DNA from: a bacterium
GTDB lineage: Bacteria; Patescibacteriota; Microgenomatia; JAMCZE01
Reading direction: 5' to 3'
Length of the DNA stretch: 64,000 nt
Assembly (NCBI GenBank): GCA_021836035.1
Contig: JAKBJL010000001.1
Coordinates: 138,142-202,141 of the forward strand
Shown here piece after piece: positions 17,093 to 27,434 of this stretch (positions are counted from its first letter, which is position 1; the number at the start of each line of letters is the position of its first letter). The position numbers were made by a program, and so were the translations under genes. The notes beneath the pieces were generated by a model, which did not search any database, was not told the DNA's origin, and saw only the letters and a program-made list of their open reading frames with translations.

Positions 17093-18958
17093 CTATTTCG
17101 GTTGAGCATACCTACCGAAATACATTTTAAGCACTTCGCTTTCGAGGACAACTGTTGAATTCCTGCTCAAAAAATTACCCTGTTTCATCGCTTGTAATAC
17201 CGCCCTTACTTGCTGATTCGTCCAATACGCCCGCTTATAAGGATTAATAGGATTATCCGGTACCGCCTCAGGAGAGCCACACCAAAAAACTCCTAGAATA
17301 TAATTGAAGCGCATTTTGTCTAAAGTAGCCTCTTGGAATTCTTTTAATGAAGCTCTTGTGTCGGGCATACCTGGCGGTACTCTTAAAAGGGTAGGGCAAA
17401 AAGCGGTAACCCGGTTAATCAGCTTATGCATAGAATCCCAATAACCCGGGTCAACCAGTTTTTTAAGATCCTGGCCTCTTTCTTTGAAGGTGCTGACAAT
17501 GGTGTTAGCAAAAGCTAAATCATAACCGAAATAGCCCGCATATTGGGTGGGTTCCAATTGCCAGAAAGGCATTTGTTTCCAAGTATAATCAGAAAGCCTC
17601 CGCGGTTGCCCAGCGTCTGCAACCTGCACTGAGCGGAAAAAGTCCCCGACTATCTCTGCCCTGGTCACATCAGCGGGGTTAAAAACAAAAACCGCCTTGG
17701 AAGTTTTATTTTTTTTCAAAATATCAATTCTCCTTTTGGCCATATCCTTCGCGCGGCCTTCCCGCGGCCAACCGCCGTAAGTGGCAATATTATCCTGTTC
17801 CGGTGCCGCCCAGTAAGCCCCGACAGTAATATCCGGTCCGGCCGGGTCGCCTTTCATAAAATCGTTGCGCCGCTTGTATTCAAAGTGCATAAGATCCCGA
17901 TCTTCACCGATGGTCGTATGTTGTTCCCTTTCTTTGTCCCACATAGACATGGTTAAATTGCAGGTTAAATAATCGCCAGCTAGTTCGGTAGCCCAGCGAG
18001 CTTGGAAACGGGTGTAATGGTCCTCGTCAACCAATTTATTCTCAATCTGTGCTTTAAAATAAGCCATATACGCGTCTGATTGAATCGCGTCTTTAAAGGA
18101 AATGGTTCCGCGATAAGGATCGGTATAGGCTTCCCCCGCCGCTTTCCATTCGTTCAAAGCGGCGCTAACAGGAATTTTTGCATCCGTGTTACTGACGAAA
18201 GGAAAAATTTCATCCAGATGGGTTATCGTCCAATGATCTTCGGGAGTAAGGTTGGTAAACTTAATCGTGGTTTGCGCTTGAACTTCCGGTGAAACCACCC
18301 CCATAACCGCCAGCGATCCTTTGGACGATTCAATTTCTACTTTGCGATTTCTGATGCGACACAAAGCCCAAAGGGTAGATTTCAATGCTTCCTGATATGG
18401 AACTTGGCGTTCATAACCGAGTCCGGCACCTCGAAACACAGTTACAAAGTTGAGTTTTAAATCTTCCGGCATCGCATCCAAGCCGTTGACTATTGAAGAT
18501 AGTTCTAAATTCTCAGAAATCCTCTCCTGAAATAGTTTACCGTTGATATTTTCGTATTGTTCAAAAACGGTGCCTAAAACCGCTTCCATCCAGCCGTCAA
18601 CACTATTCGGATCCTGCGGGCCTATTTCTAAACGATAGGGTGCCGCTACGGGGCGATTGGTAGCGGACCTGCCTGAAAAAGTCGTTCCTCCGGCAACCGG
18701 GCCCTTACCCTTTTTCATCAATTCATCGATATCGTCCAATTCCTCAGGTTTTAACTCCCCGCCGGACCCCACTATCTCACGAATATAGTTTCCCCAGGCA
18801 ATTTTAATATTAGGCAAGGTTGCCTTTTCCCGCGGGCGCGCAATTTCCTTACAAGGCGCTTCCTGTGATTTGCCCGTTTGTACTCCCGATAATATCTCAG
18901 GAGATCTGGTAGAGGCTCCTGCTTCCGGCGGCCGATATACTCCTTCTCCTTCTGCCAT
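17093..18958 (-). CDS. Hypothetical cytoplasmic protein (621 aa), no recognisable domain
   Basis: Long ORF with no signal peptide, TM helix or Walker motifs. Trp/Tyr-rich. Convergent with the VirB6-like gene. Confidence 0.5.
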   Translation of the reverse strand: MAEGEGVYRPPEAGASTRSPEILSGVQTGKSQEAPCKEIARPREKATLPNIKIAWGNYIREIVGSGGELKPEELDDIDELMKKGKGPVAGGTTFSGRSATNRPVAAPYRLEIGPQDPNSVDGWMEAVLGTVFEQYENINGKLFQERISENLELSSIVNGLDAMPEDLKLNFVTVFRGAGLGYERQVPYQEALKSTLWALCRIRNRKVEIESSKGSLAVMGVVSPEVQAQTTIKFTNLTPEDHWTITHLDEIFPFVSNTDAKIPVSAALNEWKAAGEAYTDPYRGTISFKDAIQSDAYMAYFKAQIENKLVDEDHYTRFQARWATELAGDYLTCNLTMSMWDKEREQHTTIGEDRDLMHFEYKRRNDFMKGDPAGPDITVGAYWAAPEQDNIATYGGWPREGRAKDMAKRRIDILKKNKTSKAVFVFNPADVTRAEIVGDFFRSVQVADAGQPRRLSDYTWKQMPFWQLEPTQYAGYFGYDLAFANTIVSTFKERGQDLKKLVDPGYWDSMHKLINRVTAFCPTLLRVPPGMPDTRASLKEFQEATLDKMRFNYILGVFWCGSPEAVPDNPINPYKRAYWTNQQVRAVLQAMKQGNFLSRNSTVVLESEVLKMYFGRYAQPK

Positions 18959-19013
18959 AAGCTGATTTTATCATACTTTTCCTCAATTTAGGAAAATATG
19001 GTATAAAATAGCC

Positions 19014-19580
19014 ATGCCGAGAAAACATTCCACGGAAACCCCTCGCAAAGTTGCTCTTCTTTCCCCGCAGATTTCCCGCATATTTACCGAGGGGTTTAAA
19101 AAATTCGGCATGATGATGCTCGCGGCGGTGATTATAGCCTTACTCACGGTCAACCTCTTCTTCTCCGGTAAGGAAGCTTACGACCTGGCTAAAGAGCAAG
19201 CCCAGCTTTATCCGCAAAACCCCCAACCCCATTTACTCCTGGCGACGTTTTATCAGCAGAATAACGACCTTGACCGGGCGGAAACGGAACTAAAATTAGC
19301 AGTTAGGGATCGGGGGCTGGGGGCTAGTTCAATTGCGGACAATGAGCTCCGGAAAATTCAGCAGCTACGGGTGCAGCCGGGAGAAATGGAAACGGAAATC
19401 ATCCGCTGGGAAAAAACCGTGGCCAAATATTCCGGCTACCGGGACGGCTACCTGAAGCTGGCTTACCTCAATTGGAAACTCTACCGGAATAAATTGGCCA
19501 AATCCTACTGGGAAAAAGCGTTCTTTCTGGACCCCAATAATGAAACGGTGAGGAGAATCGGAGAACTGGTTAATAAATAA
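19014..19580 (+). CDS. Membrane-anchored TPR-repeat protein
   Basis: One TM helix (MMMLAAVIIALLTVNLFF) followed by TPR-like helical repeats. Confidence 0.5.
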   Translation: MPRKHSTETPRKVALLSPQISRIFTEGFKKFGMMMLAAVIIALLTVNLFFSGKEAYDLAKEQAQLYPQNPQPHLLLATFYQQNNDLDRAETELKLAVRDRGLGASSIADNELRKIQQLRVQPGEMETEIIRWEKTVAKYSGYRDGYLKLAYLNWKLYRNKLAKSYWEKAFFLDPNNETVRRIGELVNK

Positions 19581-20019
19581 ATTAATTCCAAATAATAAAG
19601 CTGATAAAATTAATAAAGGGGGTTTAATCATCACGGGGGAGAATCGTCAGCTACAAAAAAGAATTGAAATTTTGCTGTTAATTATATAAATCCGGCTAAT
19701 AAACTTCCCCATATCATTTCTATTCTTAAAATTGGGCCCCGGTTAATTGCTGCGACTGGAAGTATTGGGGCAAAGTATCAGGGGGCTTATATGGCGGGAA
19801 GCTCTATAGATTTTGTTCGTAAAATAAAAATTTCGGAGAAAGAAGGAAGCAGGCCAGGTCGCGGGTTAAGATTTCTCTATCGCGCAAATTCCGCCCTAAA
19901 GAAAAATATCGAAGATTTAGGAAAGGAGTCGGGGGAAATTGTCAAAATGTTTTCAACTATTCTCTATTAATTTAAATGCCCCGACAACCGGTTTGTTAAC
20001 CTTATTATTTTTATTAATT

Positions 20020-20712
20020 TTATTTCTCTCCGGACTTTTCTTCGTTAGGAGATTCCGGCTTCGGGGTTGCTTCTGCTACCGTTTCCCCCGCGGCTTCTTC
20101 CGCAGCTTTTGCCGCTTCCGCGGCGGCTGCGGCCTCCGCTTCTTTCTTGGCTTCTTCGGAAACTGCCGGAGCAACACGGACAACAATTTCTTCCGCCGGA
20201 GTAAGAACGGACACCCCCTTAGGGATTGTCAAACCCCCAACCGTGATCTGTTGATCAACCTCCGTAAGTTTACCGGCATCGATCACGATTCTCTCCGGCA
20301 AATCCGTTGGTAAAGCTTCAACTTCCACCTCGTTTAGGGTTTGGAGTAACAATCCAATCCCGGCAGTAACCGCCGGCGAGTTGTTTTCCAAGATCAAGGG
20401 TACGTTGGCCCGCAGCTTCTCGGTTAAGGAAACGGCGTGAAATTCCGCATGCAGGGGGTAACGCGTTACTGGATGTACCTGGAGCCCGCTGATCAAGGTG
20501 TGGTGGGTCTTCCCGTCTACCAATAGTTCTACCAATCCCGTTTCTCCGGCTTGACTGTATACGATTAAAAAATCCTTAACCGGCAGTTCTAAAGCCACGG
20601 ACTTTAATCCCTTACCGAAAAGATTAGCCGGCAGTAAGCCGGACTTTCTTAAATTTTTAACCTTCTTTCCGACGGTTTTCCGCACCCCGGCTTTTAAAAC
20701 TGTTTTTTCCAT
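20020..20712 (-). CDS. rplY: 50S ribosomal protein L25 / general stress protein Ctc
   Basis: An L25/Ctc-like body (KAGVRKTVGKKVKNLRKSGLLPANLFGKG...) followed by an acidic, Ala-rich tail. Confidence 0.75.
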   Translation of the reverse strand: MEKTVLKAGVRKTVGKKVKNLRKSGLLPANLFGKGLKSVALELPVKDFLIVYSQAGETGLVELLVDGKTHHTLISGLQVHPVTRYPLHAEFHAVSLTEKLRANVPLILENNSPAVTAGIGLLLQTLNEVEVEALPTDLPERIVIDAGKLTEVDQQITVGGLTIPKGVSVLTPAEEIVVRVAPAVSEEAKKEAEAAAAAEAAKAAEEAAGETVAEATPKPESPNEEKSGEK

Positions 20713-23700
20713 AGCAAATTAAATTCCCGATCCCGGGATAGATTTGTATTGTAACTTATTCTCTCCTGTCCGACAAGAGGAGACGGCAAATCGGGACTTG
20801 GCAAATCCGCCGGAACCAAAAAGGCCGGAAAGTTAATTTTTAGACTCAAGGGGTCGTTGTCCGTTCCCGCCTGTTTGCGGACATAAAAACGGTAGGCAAC
20901 TTTGTCGTTTTTATAACTTACCGCCTGGGGAAGGCTATAACGGAAAGTGACCGTCTTTTGGGAATGAATGGGAATTTCTACCAGGGTTCCAAAGGCTAAA
21001 AGTCCCGATTCGCTGCTTTGATAAACCAAAAAGCGATCCTTGGGCAATTTTTTAAGGATTGTTTCGTCCAGCTTGCTGCTGATAGTGGCCAGGCGGCTGT
21101 CCCCGATATCCAGGGAAATGTTTTGGGCTGTCCGGGGAACATAAAACCGCAGATAATTTTTATAGCGGCCCGCCGGCCAGGTGTCGGTGGCACTGTTATT
21201 TTCATAATTAACGGTGACGGTACTGGCGGCGTCGCCGCCTTTATTTAACTCCGTGACGATATTGATCTTCCGCTTCACGAAATAATTAGCTTTGTTGGCT
21301 CCCAGGTTTGCTTCGACAATCCCTAAACCGTTGTCCGCCCCCTCCGGAAAAACCAGTTTGCCGGTCCAGTTGTTTTGCGCCAGAATTTCTTCCGCCCGGG
21401 GATTTTGCAAATAAATTTGCAGGTGTTTTTCCGCAAGAGCTTCGTAGGCTGCCTGGGCCAGAAGTTGGAAATTCTTTTCCCGGTTACCGGAGAGCTTAAC
21501 CCAAAGCGCCTGAGCTACTGAACTTAGATAATCTTTCTTCTGGGTGCTGCCTGGGAAAAAATTAATTTCGGCATGGTATTCTGTCCGGTTAAAAAAATCA
21601 GCCGCGCTCACCGTCTCATTATAGTCATCCAGTTTGACCGGACCGACTGCCGCTAATAGTTTTTGGACGAAAAAGAGATCTATCCCGATAACGCCGTCCA
21701 CTTTTTCACCGGTTTCCTTTTCCAAAAACCAGGCAGCACGCTTGGCAGAAAGAGCAAAGTCGGGCGACCAATTGGAATCGCGCATAAACCAGCTCGGCTG
21801 TCCCAGAAAGTGTAAAATTTCATCCGGGGGGGTAATTTTGCCGCGCAGTTGTCCGTCGGCAGCATAAATATCCTTAATCTGGTAATCCAGCATCCGTCCG
21901 TTTTCCAGTGTCAGCACGGCAAAAGAACCCAAAAAGCCGCCGCTGGGCCGCAGCTCCGCGTTGTTTTGCAAAAGGACCAGGTATTTTTTCCGGCCGTTAA
22001 CCGCCAAGAGATCCGGCGTCAGGGGTAAAAACTGTTGACCGAAAACCAGAGCTTGCTGAATCTGCGGCAGAACAGTTAGATACTGCTGGCCGGGGAAAAA
22101 GGCCGGAAAGCGGACCAGATCTTTTTCCGCCTGCACAAAAGCCAGTCTGTCGGCAGCCATCCCCAGCTGCAAACCAATCCGGGAAAAATTGGCCGCCAAA
22201 TCCGGGGGAGCAGAATTGTCCGCAGAAGCAAATACCTGTTTTTCCATAGTTAATAGGTCGGCACCGGCCCGGGTTAGAGATAATCCCGCCCCGCTCCCCT
22301 TCTCCGCAATATCCAATAAACGGTAAAAATTATCCGCGGAAGTTTTCTGCCCGACCAGATCGGGAAACCACATAAGACTACGCCATAATTCCCGGGAACC
22401 GGCGAAACGATTTTCCGCCAATTCTATTGCTGCCGCCGCTTCCGTCATTTTCCCCTGTTCCAGGCGGTTGCGGGCAACTAACAGGGCTGCTCCCCCAACC
22501 AGAGTATTGCCGATCATGGCAGAAAAGGGAATAAAAATACTGCCGGCTAACACGATTAAACCGAGGAGAATACTCCGGGGAAAACGCCAGCGCGGCGTAG
22601 GGGGGGTTCTTTTCCCCGGTTTTTCCGGAGTCGTTTCCGTGGAAATTTTTACCGGCACCGGTTCCGTTTTCGAAATTGCCGTCGAAACCGGTGCTTGCTC
22701 TATGGGCCTTTTTTCTGCCGGCGCTTCCGTAGTGGTGGGTACTTGAGCCCCGAAAAAAGCCAGCGTTTGAGTCATCCCTTCCCTAACAAAGGTGTTCTCC
22801 CGCCATCCCAATTCCTCCTGGGATTTTTCAATATCCGCTCCCAAATAGGGGGAAGCCTTTATTCCCTGGCCGTTGCTGAACTTAATCTCTAAATTCTGAC
22901 CGCTCAGCTCGTTTAAAAGATGTGCTAAGCTGACGGTGGTGACTTTTTCCGTCCCCAAAAGCGAAAATATTTTTCCGTCCGTCTCCTGCCGGAACATGGC
23001 CTTGGACAAACCATAAATAAGATCGGTAATAAAAGTTGGATGCAGCTCCTGCAGGCCGTCGCCGGGCAGTTCCATGCTCTCCCCCCTTAACGCTTTCCTT
23101 AGAAGTGCGGCGATCATCGATTGGTCCGTAATCCGCATTCCCGGTCCGTAAACGTCGGCAACCCGGACAACTACCGCTCTGAGGCCAAATTTTTTAACAT
23201 ATTCTGAAAGTATGGTTTCCGCAAACCTTTTAGCTTCGTGGAATGCGTATTGGTGGGTCCCCTGGGCTGCCGGTTCTGCCGGTGCGGAATAGGACGTTAA
23301 AGACTTATTACTCATCACTCCCTGATATACATCAGCGCTGCTGGCTAATAAAAATTTCGCCTGGCATTTGACTGCCAGATCCAAGAGGTTTTTGGTCCCG
23401 TATGCATTAACGGTTAAACTATCCAGGGACCCCTGGCCGGGGTCCTTATTTTCTTCCGCGCCTGCTAGATGAAATATATAGGTGGGGTTCGGACAGTCAG
23501 CCGGCAAGGGAAAATTCAAATCATATTCGAGGAAGCGGAAATTGGCGTGGGTTTTAAAGGCGGCAATGTTTTCGTATTTGCCGGTCTGGAAATTATCAAC
23601 GCAAAATACCGCGAGGTTTTGGCTTAAAAGCGCTTCACAAAGACGGCTGCCGATAAATCCCGCTCCGCCCGCGACTAATGCTACGGGCATTTCTGCTAGT

Positions 23701-23741
23701 TCTTCGGTTTTAAAAATCCTTTGGGGCAGTTCACTTTCCAC
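20694..23741 (-). CDS. Fusion of an NAD-dependent sugar epimerase/dehydratase, a TM helix and a DUF4012 domain (1015 aa)
   Basis: N-terminal Rossmann GGAGFIGSRLCEALL (UDP-sugar decarboxylase/epimerase-like). A Pro-rich linker and one TM helix. A C-terminal domain carrying the NAELRPSGGFLGSFA motif typical of DUF4012. Confidence 0.65.
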   Translation of the reverse strand: MESELPQRIFKTEELAEMPVALVAGGAGFIGSRLCEALLSQNLAVFCVDNFQTGKYENIAAFKTHANFRFLEYDLNFPLPADCPNPTYIFHLAGAEENKDPGQGSLDSLTVNAYGTKNLLDLAVKCQAKFLLASSADVYQGVMSNKSLTSYSAPAEPAAQGTHQYAFHEAKRFAETILSEYVKKFGLRAVVVRVADVYGPGMRITDQSMIAALLRKALRGESMELPGDGLQELHPTFITDLIYGLSKAMFRQETDGKIFSLLGTEKVTTVSLAHLLNELSGQNLEIKFSNGQGIKASPYLGADIEKSQEELGWRENTFVREGMTQTLAFFGAQVPTTTEAPAEKRPIEQAPVSTAISKTEPVPVKISTETTPEKPGKRTPPTPRWRFPRSILLGLIVLAGSIFIPFSAMIGNTLVGGAALLVARNRLEQGKMTEAAAAIELAENRFAGSRELWRSLMWFPDLVGQKTSADNFYRLLDIAEKGSGAGLSLTRAGADLLTMEKQVFASADNSAPPDLAANFSRIGLQLGMAADRLAFVQAEKDLVRFPAFFPGQQYLTVLPQIQQALVFGQQFLPLTPDLLAVNGRKKYLVLLQNNAELRPSGGFLGSFAVLTLENGRMLDYQIKDIYAADGQLRGKITPPDEILHFLGQPSWFMRDSNWSPDFALSAKRAAWFLEKETGEKVDGVIGIDLFFVQKLLAAVGPVKLDDYNETVSAADFFNRTEYHAEINFFPGSTQKKDYLSSVAQALWVKLSGNREKNFQLLAQAAYEALAEKHLQIYLQNPRAEEILAQNNWTGKLVFPEGADNGLGIVEANLGANKANYFVKRKINIVTELNKGGDAASTVTVNYENNSATDTWPAGRYKNYLRFYVPRTAQNISLDIGDSRLATISSKLDETILKKLPKDRFLVYQSSESGLLAFGTLVEIPIHSQKTVTFRYSLPQAVSYKNDKVAYRFYVRKQAGTDNDPLSLKINFPAFLVPADLPSPDLPSPLVGQERISYNTNLSRDREFNLLWKKQF

Positions 23742-23771
23742 GGTTATTCAATTTTAAGATAGGCTCTTGTC

Positions 23772-24209
23772 CTATACAAGAGAAATTTGGTCCAGCGTTT
23801 CGTTAACGAGCTTGTCGGCAAGGTAATTTTTGCTGCGGGGAATGTGCAAGAATTTGATTGATAAGGGAACGAAATTGTTCGCCAGTTCCGCCAGCATAAA
23901 GTTAACTTTCGCCGAAAGCTCTCTCAGGTTACGGTCTTTAATTTTCCAGCGTCCATTGATCTGGGAAACGGCCAGCAAGGAATCGGAATGGAAGTGAATT
24001 GTTTTATATTTCGCAGCCAATCCGCTTTTGAGTAAATACCCCAAGGCCAGGATAACCGCCTGGTATTCGGCGATATTGTTAGTAGATTTACCCAAGTATT
24101 TCCCGCACTTTTCTAAAAATTCCCCCTGATCATTAAGAATAACATAGGCGGCAGCTGCGGGACCGGGGTTTCCTCTTGCTCCCCCATCGGTAAAAATATT
24201 TAATTTCAT
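23772..24209 (-). CDS. rnhA: Ribonuclease HI
   Basis: IFTDGGARGNPGPAAAAYVI...NNIAEYQAVILAL...FHSDSLLAV matches the RNase H active-site region. Confidence 0.85.
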   Translation of the reverse strand: MKLNIFTDGGARGNPGPAAAAYVILNDQGEFLEKCGKYLGKSTNNIAEYQAVILALGYLLKSGLAAKYKTIHFHSDSLLAVSQINGRWKIKDRNLRELSAKVNFMLAELANNFVPLSIKFLHIPRSKNYLADKLVNETLDQISLV

Positions 24210-24315
24210 AATAATCTCGTACTGTGCTTGTTTCCCGTGAGGTAATTATATTTTCTTCACGGGAAAATAATTCTTTTAGATTATACTGTTGGCCTGTACA
24301 AAATCGTGCCCGGGT

Positions 24316-25611
24316 TTAAAAGATCTGTCCTCTTTTTCTGACGATTTCCCCTATCGTTTCGCGAAAATCTCTGAAACCCGGGATTCTCCCTAAATCCCGC
24401 CGCAAAACATACAGGCTTAATACCACAATTAAAGCTTCGGTTATAAAGGTAATAAAAGAAGCGGCATAAAAGGAATAGAGGGGAATAAAAACTATATTTA
24501 AAAAGACGTTGATGGCCAAGGCAACACAGGCAATTAGGAAAGAGGCCCATTGTTTTCCCAAAGCCACAATCGTGTAGCCGTTAATATGATTAAAATAGGA
24601 AACGACAATCGCCAGTGATAAAATCCTTAAGGAGCCGATCGACCCGGCAAAATCCGGTCCGGCGATAATATTAATCGCCAGGGGCGCGAAAATATAATTG
24701 GCGACGGCGACAGCCACCCCCATTATCAGCAGGATGATGAAAGATTTCCGGTAAACATCGCCGAGTTTAAATTTATCGGAGATAGCCAATTGAGAAATTA
24801 ATGGCAAAACGGAATTAGCAAAATAAGCCGCCCCCAAAACCAGGACCTCATAAACTTTATATGAAGCTCCATACAAACCTACCGCCTCCTGTCCTTTATA
24901 TAGGGAGAGAATTACCGTATCGATGCGATTGTAAATGGTAAAGACGACTAAAATTCCGCCCATGGGGATAGCTTCAATCAGTAAAAAGCGGGTTTTGGGA
25001 TGGATGAGGGAATATTTAAGCGGCAATAGTTTAAATCCCAGGAATGCGGCTACCCCGGCAGCAAAGGAATCGGAAAGAACAAAAGCTAAAATTATCATCA
25101 ATAAAGAGGTTTGGTTTTGGATTAAAAAAAGGAGGAGTGCTAAAAAAAGAGCGTTGCCGGCAATTTCGGAAAGAGCCCAGTTTTGCATTTGTAATTTGAC
25201 ATTGAAAATAATTTGAAAAGAGGTCTTTAAGGAGAGGGCGAGCAACATCAATGAGGCAACGCTGACCAAAAGTCTTATCTGTGGATCATAAGGCAAAAGG
25301 TAAATTACCAAAACGGTAATAATAGCCGCGATAAAGGCCAAGCCCAGGCGGATCACTAATACATTGCCGATTATTTCCCGAGCTAAAGCATCATTACGGC
25401 TGGCCTCCCGGACCGTAATCAGTGTCAGACCCCAGTCTGCCAACGTCCCGAACATAGTGACAAAAACCAAAACAAAAGTGTAGGTGCCGAAACCCGCCGG
25501 CCCCAAATGTCGGGTGAGAAGAATGGTAATCAAAACCCCCAAGCCGGCAGAAAAAGATTTCCCGATAATTTGGATAAGCGTATTCCAGGCAATTTTATGC
25601 GATAAGGACAT
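24316..25611 (-). CDS. Polysaccharide/oligosaccharide flippase (Wzx/MOP superfamily)
   Basis: 431 aa with about 12 TM helices. N-terminus IAWNTLIQIIGKSFSAGLGVL is typical of Wzx-type flippases. Confidence 0.65.
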   Translation of the reverse strand: MSLSHKIAWNTLIQIIGKSFSAGLGVLITILLTRHLGPAGFGTYTFVLVFVTMFGTLADWGLTLITVREASRNDALAREIIGNVLVIRLGLAFIAAIITVLVIYLLPYDPQIRLLVSVASLMLLALSLKTSFQIIFNVKLQMQNWALSEIAGNALFLALLLFLIQNQTSLLMIILAFVLSDSFAAGVAAFLGFKLLPLKYSLIHPKTRFLLIEAIPMGGILVVFTIYNRIDTVILSLYKGQEAVGLYGASYKVYEVLVLGAAYFANSVLPLISQLAISDKFKLGDVYRKSFIILLIMGVAVAVANYIFAPLAINIIAGPDFAGSIGSLRILSLAIVVSYFNHINGYTIVALGKQWASFLIACVALAINVFLNIVFIPLYSFYAASFITFITEALIVVLSLYVLRRDLGRIPGFRDFRETIGEIVRKRGQIF

Positions 25612-25619
25612 AAGCCTTG

Positions 25620-26927
25620 TTAATTATAAGTTGCTGGTTTGGCTATTACCAGGCGGGACCAGAAAAGACCAAAAGTAAAAGCCAATAGCATTTGTGTTTG
25701 TTGTAAAGTAAATAAATAGTGGTCAAAAAGACCCAGGAAGAATATTGCCAGGAAAATAATAAGCTGCGGGGAGTGAAACCGCCAGAGGCGTTTTGCGGTC
25801 AGAAACAAAATATAGAAAAAAGCCGTCATGCCAATAATTCCGGTTTCTGCCAACAAAAGAAGAAAAATATTATGGACCGGCTGCCCGATTAAATAAAAAC
25901 TATTGCCTAAAAATTGTTGATCGGCAGAAAGTATTGAAAAATTTCCCAAACCGATACCGGCAAGAGGGGAATGGTAAAAATATTTTATCGCCTCTTGATT
26001 CAGAAGTCGGCGGTTCAGAATCGTATACTTATCGGAGCTAAACAAAGCTCCAAAACGAAAGTAAAGGGTGGGTAAGAAAAAGGTAAACATGGCCAGCGCC
26101 GCAATTACCGCCGCGCCATAATTTCTTCTGAGGCCATACCGAAATACCCCCGGATGGTTAAGGATATGGAGCGCGACAATGCTGCAAACAAAGACTGCTA
26201 AAGCACTACGTGAAAGTGAGAGAAGAATAATTAAAAAAGAAATCAAAACTTCGATATAAATTAATTTCCTAAAAACTTCATTTTTAAAAACAAATTCCTG
26301 CCAGGAAAAAATAATTAATCCGCTGATTAAAAAATAGCCCGCCATTTGGTTGGGGTGGGAAAAAAAGGAATAAGGGCGGAAATATAAATAGCCGTTGATT
26401 ACTGCCGTCGCAATTCCGGGGGTAGCGATATTAAAACTTCTTTCCCCCAACCAATACCAAAAACCACCGAGAGCTGACTGCCGGTATATTTGACCGAGAG
26501 CGGAAATTAAAATAACTATCGACTGGATAAAAAAAATAGCGATCAGCGGCTTAATATTTTTAATGTTTAAAATTTTTCGACTAATAATAAAAATAAAAGT
26601 TAGTTCTAAAACTTTCAGCCATTTATATAAAGAAACCTGGGGCGATCGGGAAGAATAAATATTTAATCCCGCTGTCGCGAAAAATATCAGGACGGCGATT
26701 AGGTTGGTAATCTTTATTTTTCCCGAACTCTTTACGGTAAATAGACAAACAATAATTAAGGCGGCCGCCAGGATATCGGTAAGGTAAACAGTGGGGGAAA
26801 GGTAATCAATTCGTAATCCCCGGACGTAAGCAAAGGGTGGCCAGAAATGCATACCCAGCTGGGTCGGTAAAAATAAAAACCATAAATAAAAAAGGGGAAT
26901 AATTAGTTTTAGGAAATTGACTGCCAC
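25620..26927 (-). CDS. O-antigen ligase / polymerase-like (Wzy_C family) membrane protein
   Basis: Polytopic, 435 aa, with a large loop between later helices. Adjacent to the flippase gene. Confidence 0.5.
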   Translation of the reverse strand: MAVNFLKLIIPLFYLWFLFLPTQLGMHFWPPFAYVRGLRIDYLSPTVYLTDILAAALIIVCLFTVKSSGKIKITNLIAVLIFFATAGLNIYSSRSPQVSLYKWLKVLELTFIFIISRKILNIKNIKPLIAIFFIQSIVILISALGQIYRQSALGGFWYWLGERSFNIATPGIATAVINGYLYFRPYSFFSHPNQMAGYFLISGLIIFSWQEFVFKNEVFRKLIYIEVLISFLIILLSLSRSALAVFVCSIVALHILNHPGVFRYGLRRNYGAAVIAALAMFTFFLPTLYFRFGALFSSDKYTILNRRLLNQEAIKYFYHSPLAGIGLGNFSILSADQQFLGNSFYLIGQPVHNIFLLLLAETGIIGMTAFFYILFLTAKRLWRFHSPQLIIFLAIFFLGLFDHYLFTLQQTQMLLAFTFGLFWSRLVIAKPATYN

Positions 26928-26936
26928 GTGGGATTG

Positions 26937-27431
26937 TTATTCCTGTCCGGTCTTGGGTTTGACAATTAACCTGCGCTGTTCACCTTCTCCGATTGATTCA
27001 GCGGTTATCTGAGGATGATCTTTTAGGGCGATGTGTATTACCCGACGGTCGGCGGCCGTTAAATAGGGAAAAGTTACCGGGGAATTGGTGGTAATCGCCC
27101 GGTTGGCAAAACCCGTCGCCATCTCTTTTAACTGCTCTTCTCTTTTGGCACGGTAATCGCCGACTTCGACGACAATCTTCTCCCATTGCCCCAGTTTTTT
27201 ATATACCATAATTCCTAAGATTAATTGGAAAGAAGATAGTGTGTCCCCGTGGAAACCGATTAGCAAGCCGGAGTCGGGAGTGTTAATGCTTACCTGATAA
27301 GTGTCTTCTTCTAAAAGCTTTACTTCCGCCTCGCCGTCAAGTTGTAAAGCCGACAGCAATTCTACGGCGATATCTTTGATTACGCGGTCAGTTTTATTTT
27401 TATTTTCACTGATTTTTTTGGTGCGTGCCAT
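26937..27431 (-). CDS. khpB: Jag/KhpB RNA-binding protein (KH + R3H domains)
   Basis: An R3H region (RVIHIALKDHPQITAESIGEGEQRRLIV). Lies downstream of yidC, the conserved origin-region gene order. Confidence 0.75.
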   Translation of the reverse strand: MARTKKISENKNKTDRVIKDIAVELLSALQLDGEAEVKLLEEDTYQVSINTPDSGLLIGFHGDTLSSFQLILGIMVYKKLGQWEKIVVEVGDYRAKREEQLKEMATGFANRAITTNSPVTFPYLTAADRRVIHIALKDHPQITAESIGEGEQRRLIVKPKTGQE

Positions 27432-27434
27432 AAG

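Noticed and set aside
19939-20313. 124-aa ORF rich in Arg/Phe/Cys upstream of and overlapping rplY
   Set aside because: It overlaps the antisense of the Ala/Glu-rich rplY tail, so it is an artefact of low complexity. The 436-bp AT-rich spacer 19584-20019 might hold a small RNA, but I could not recognise one.
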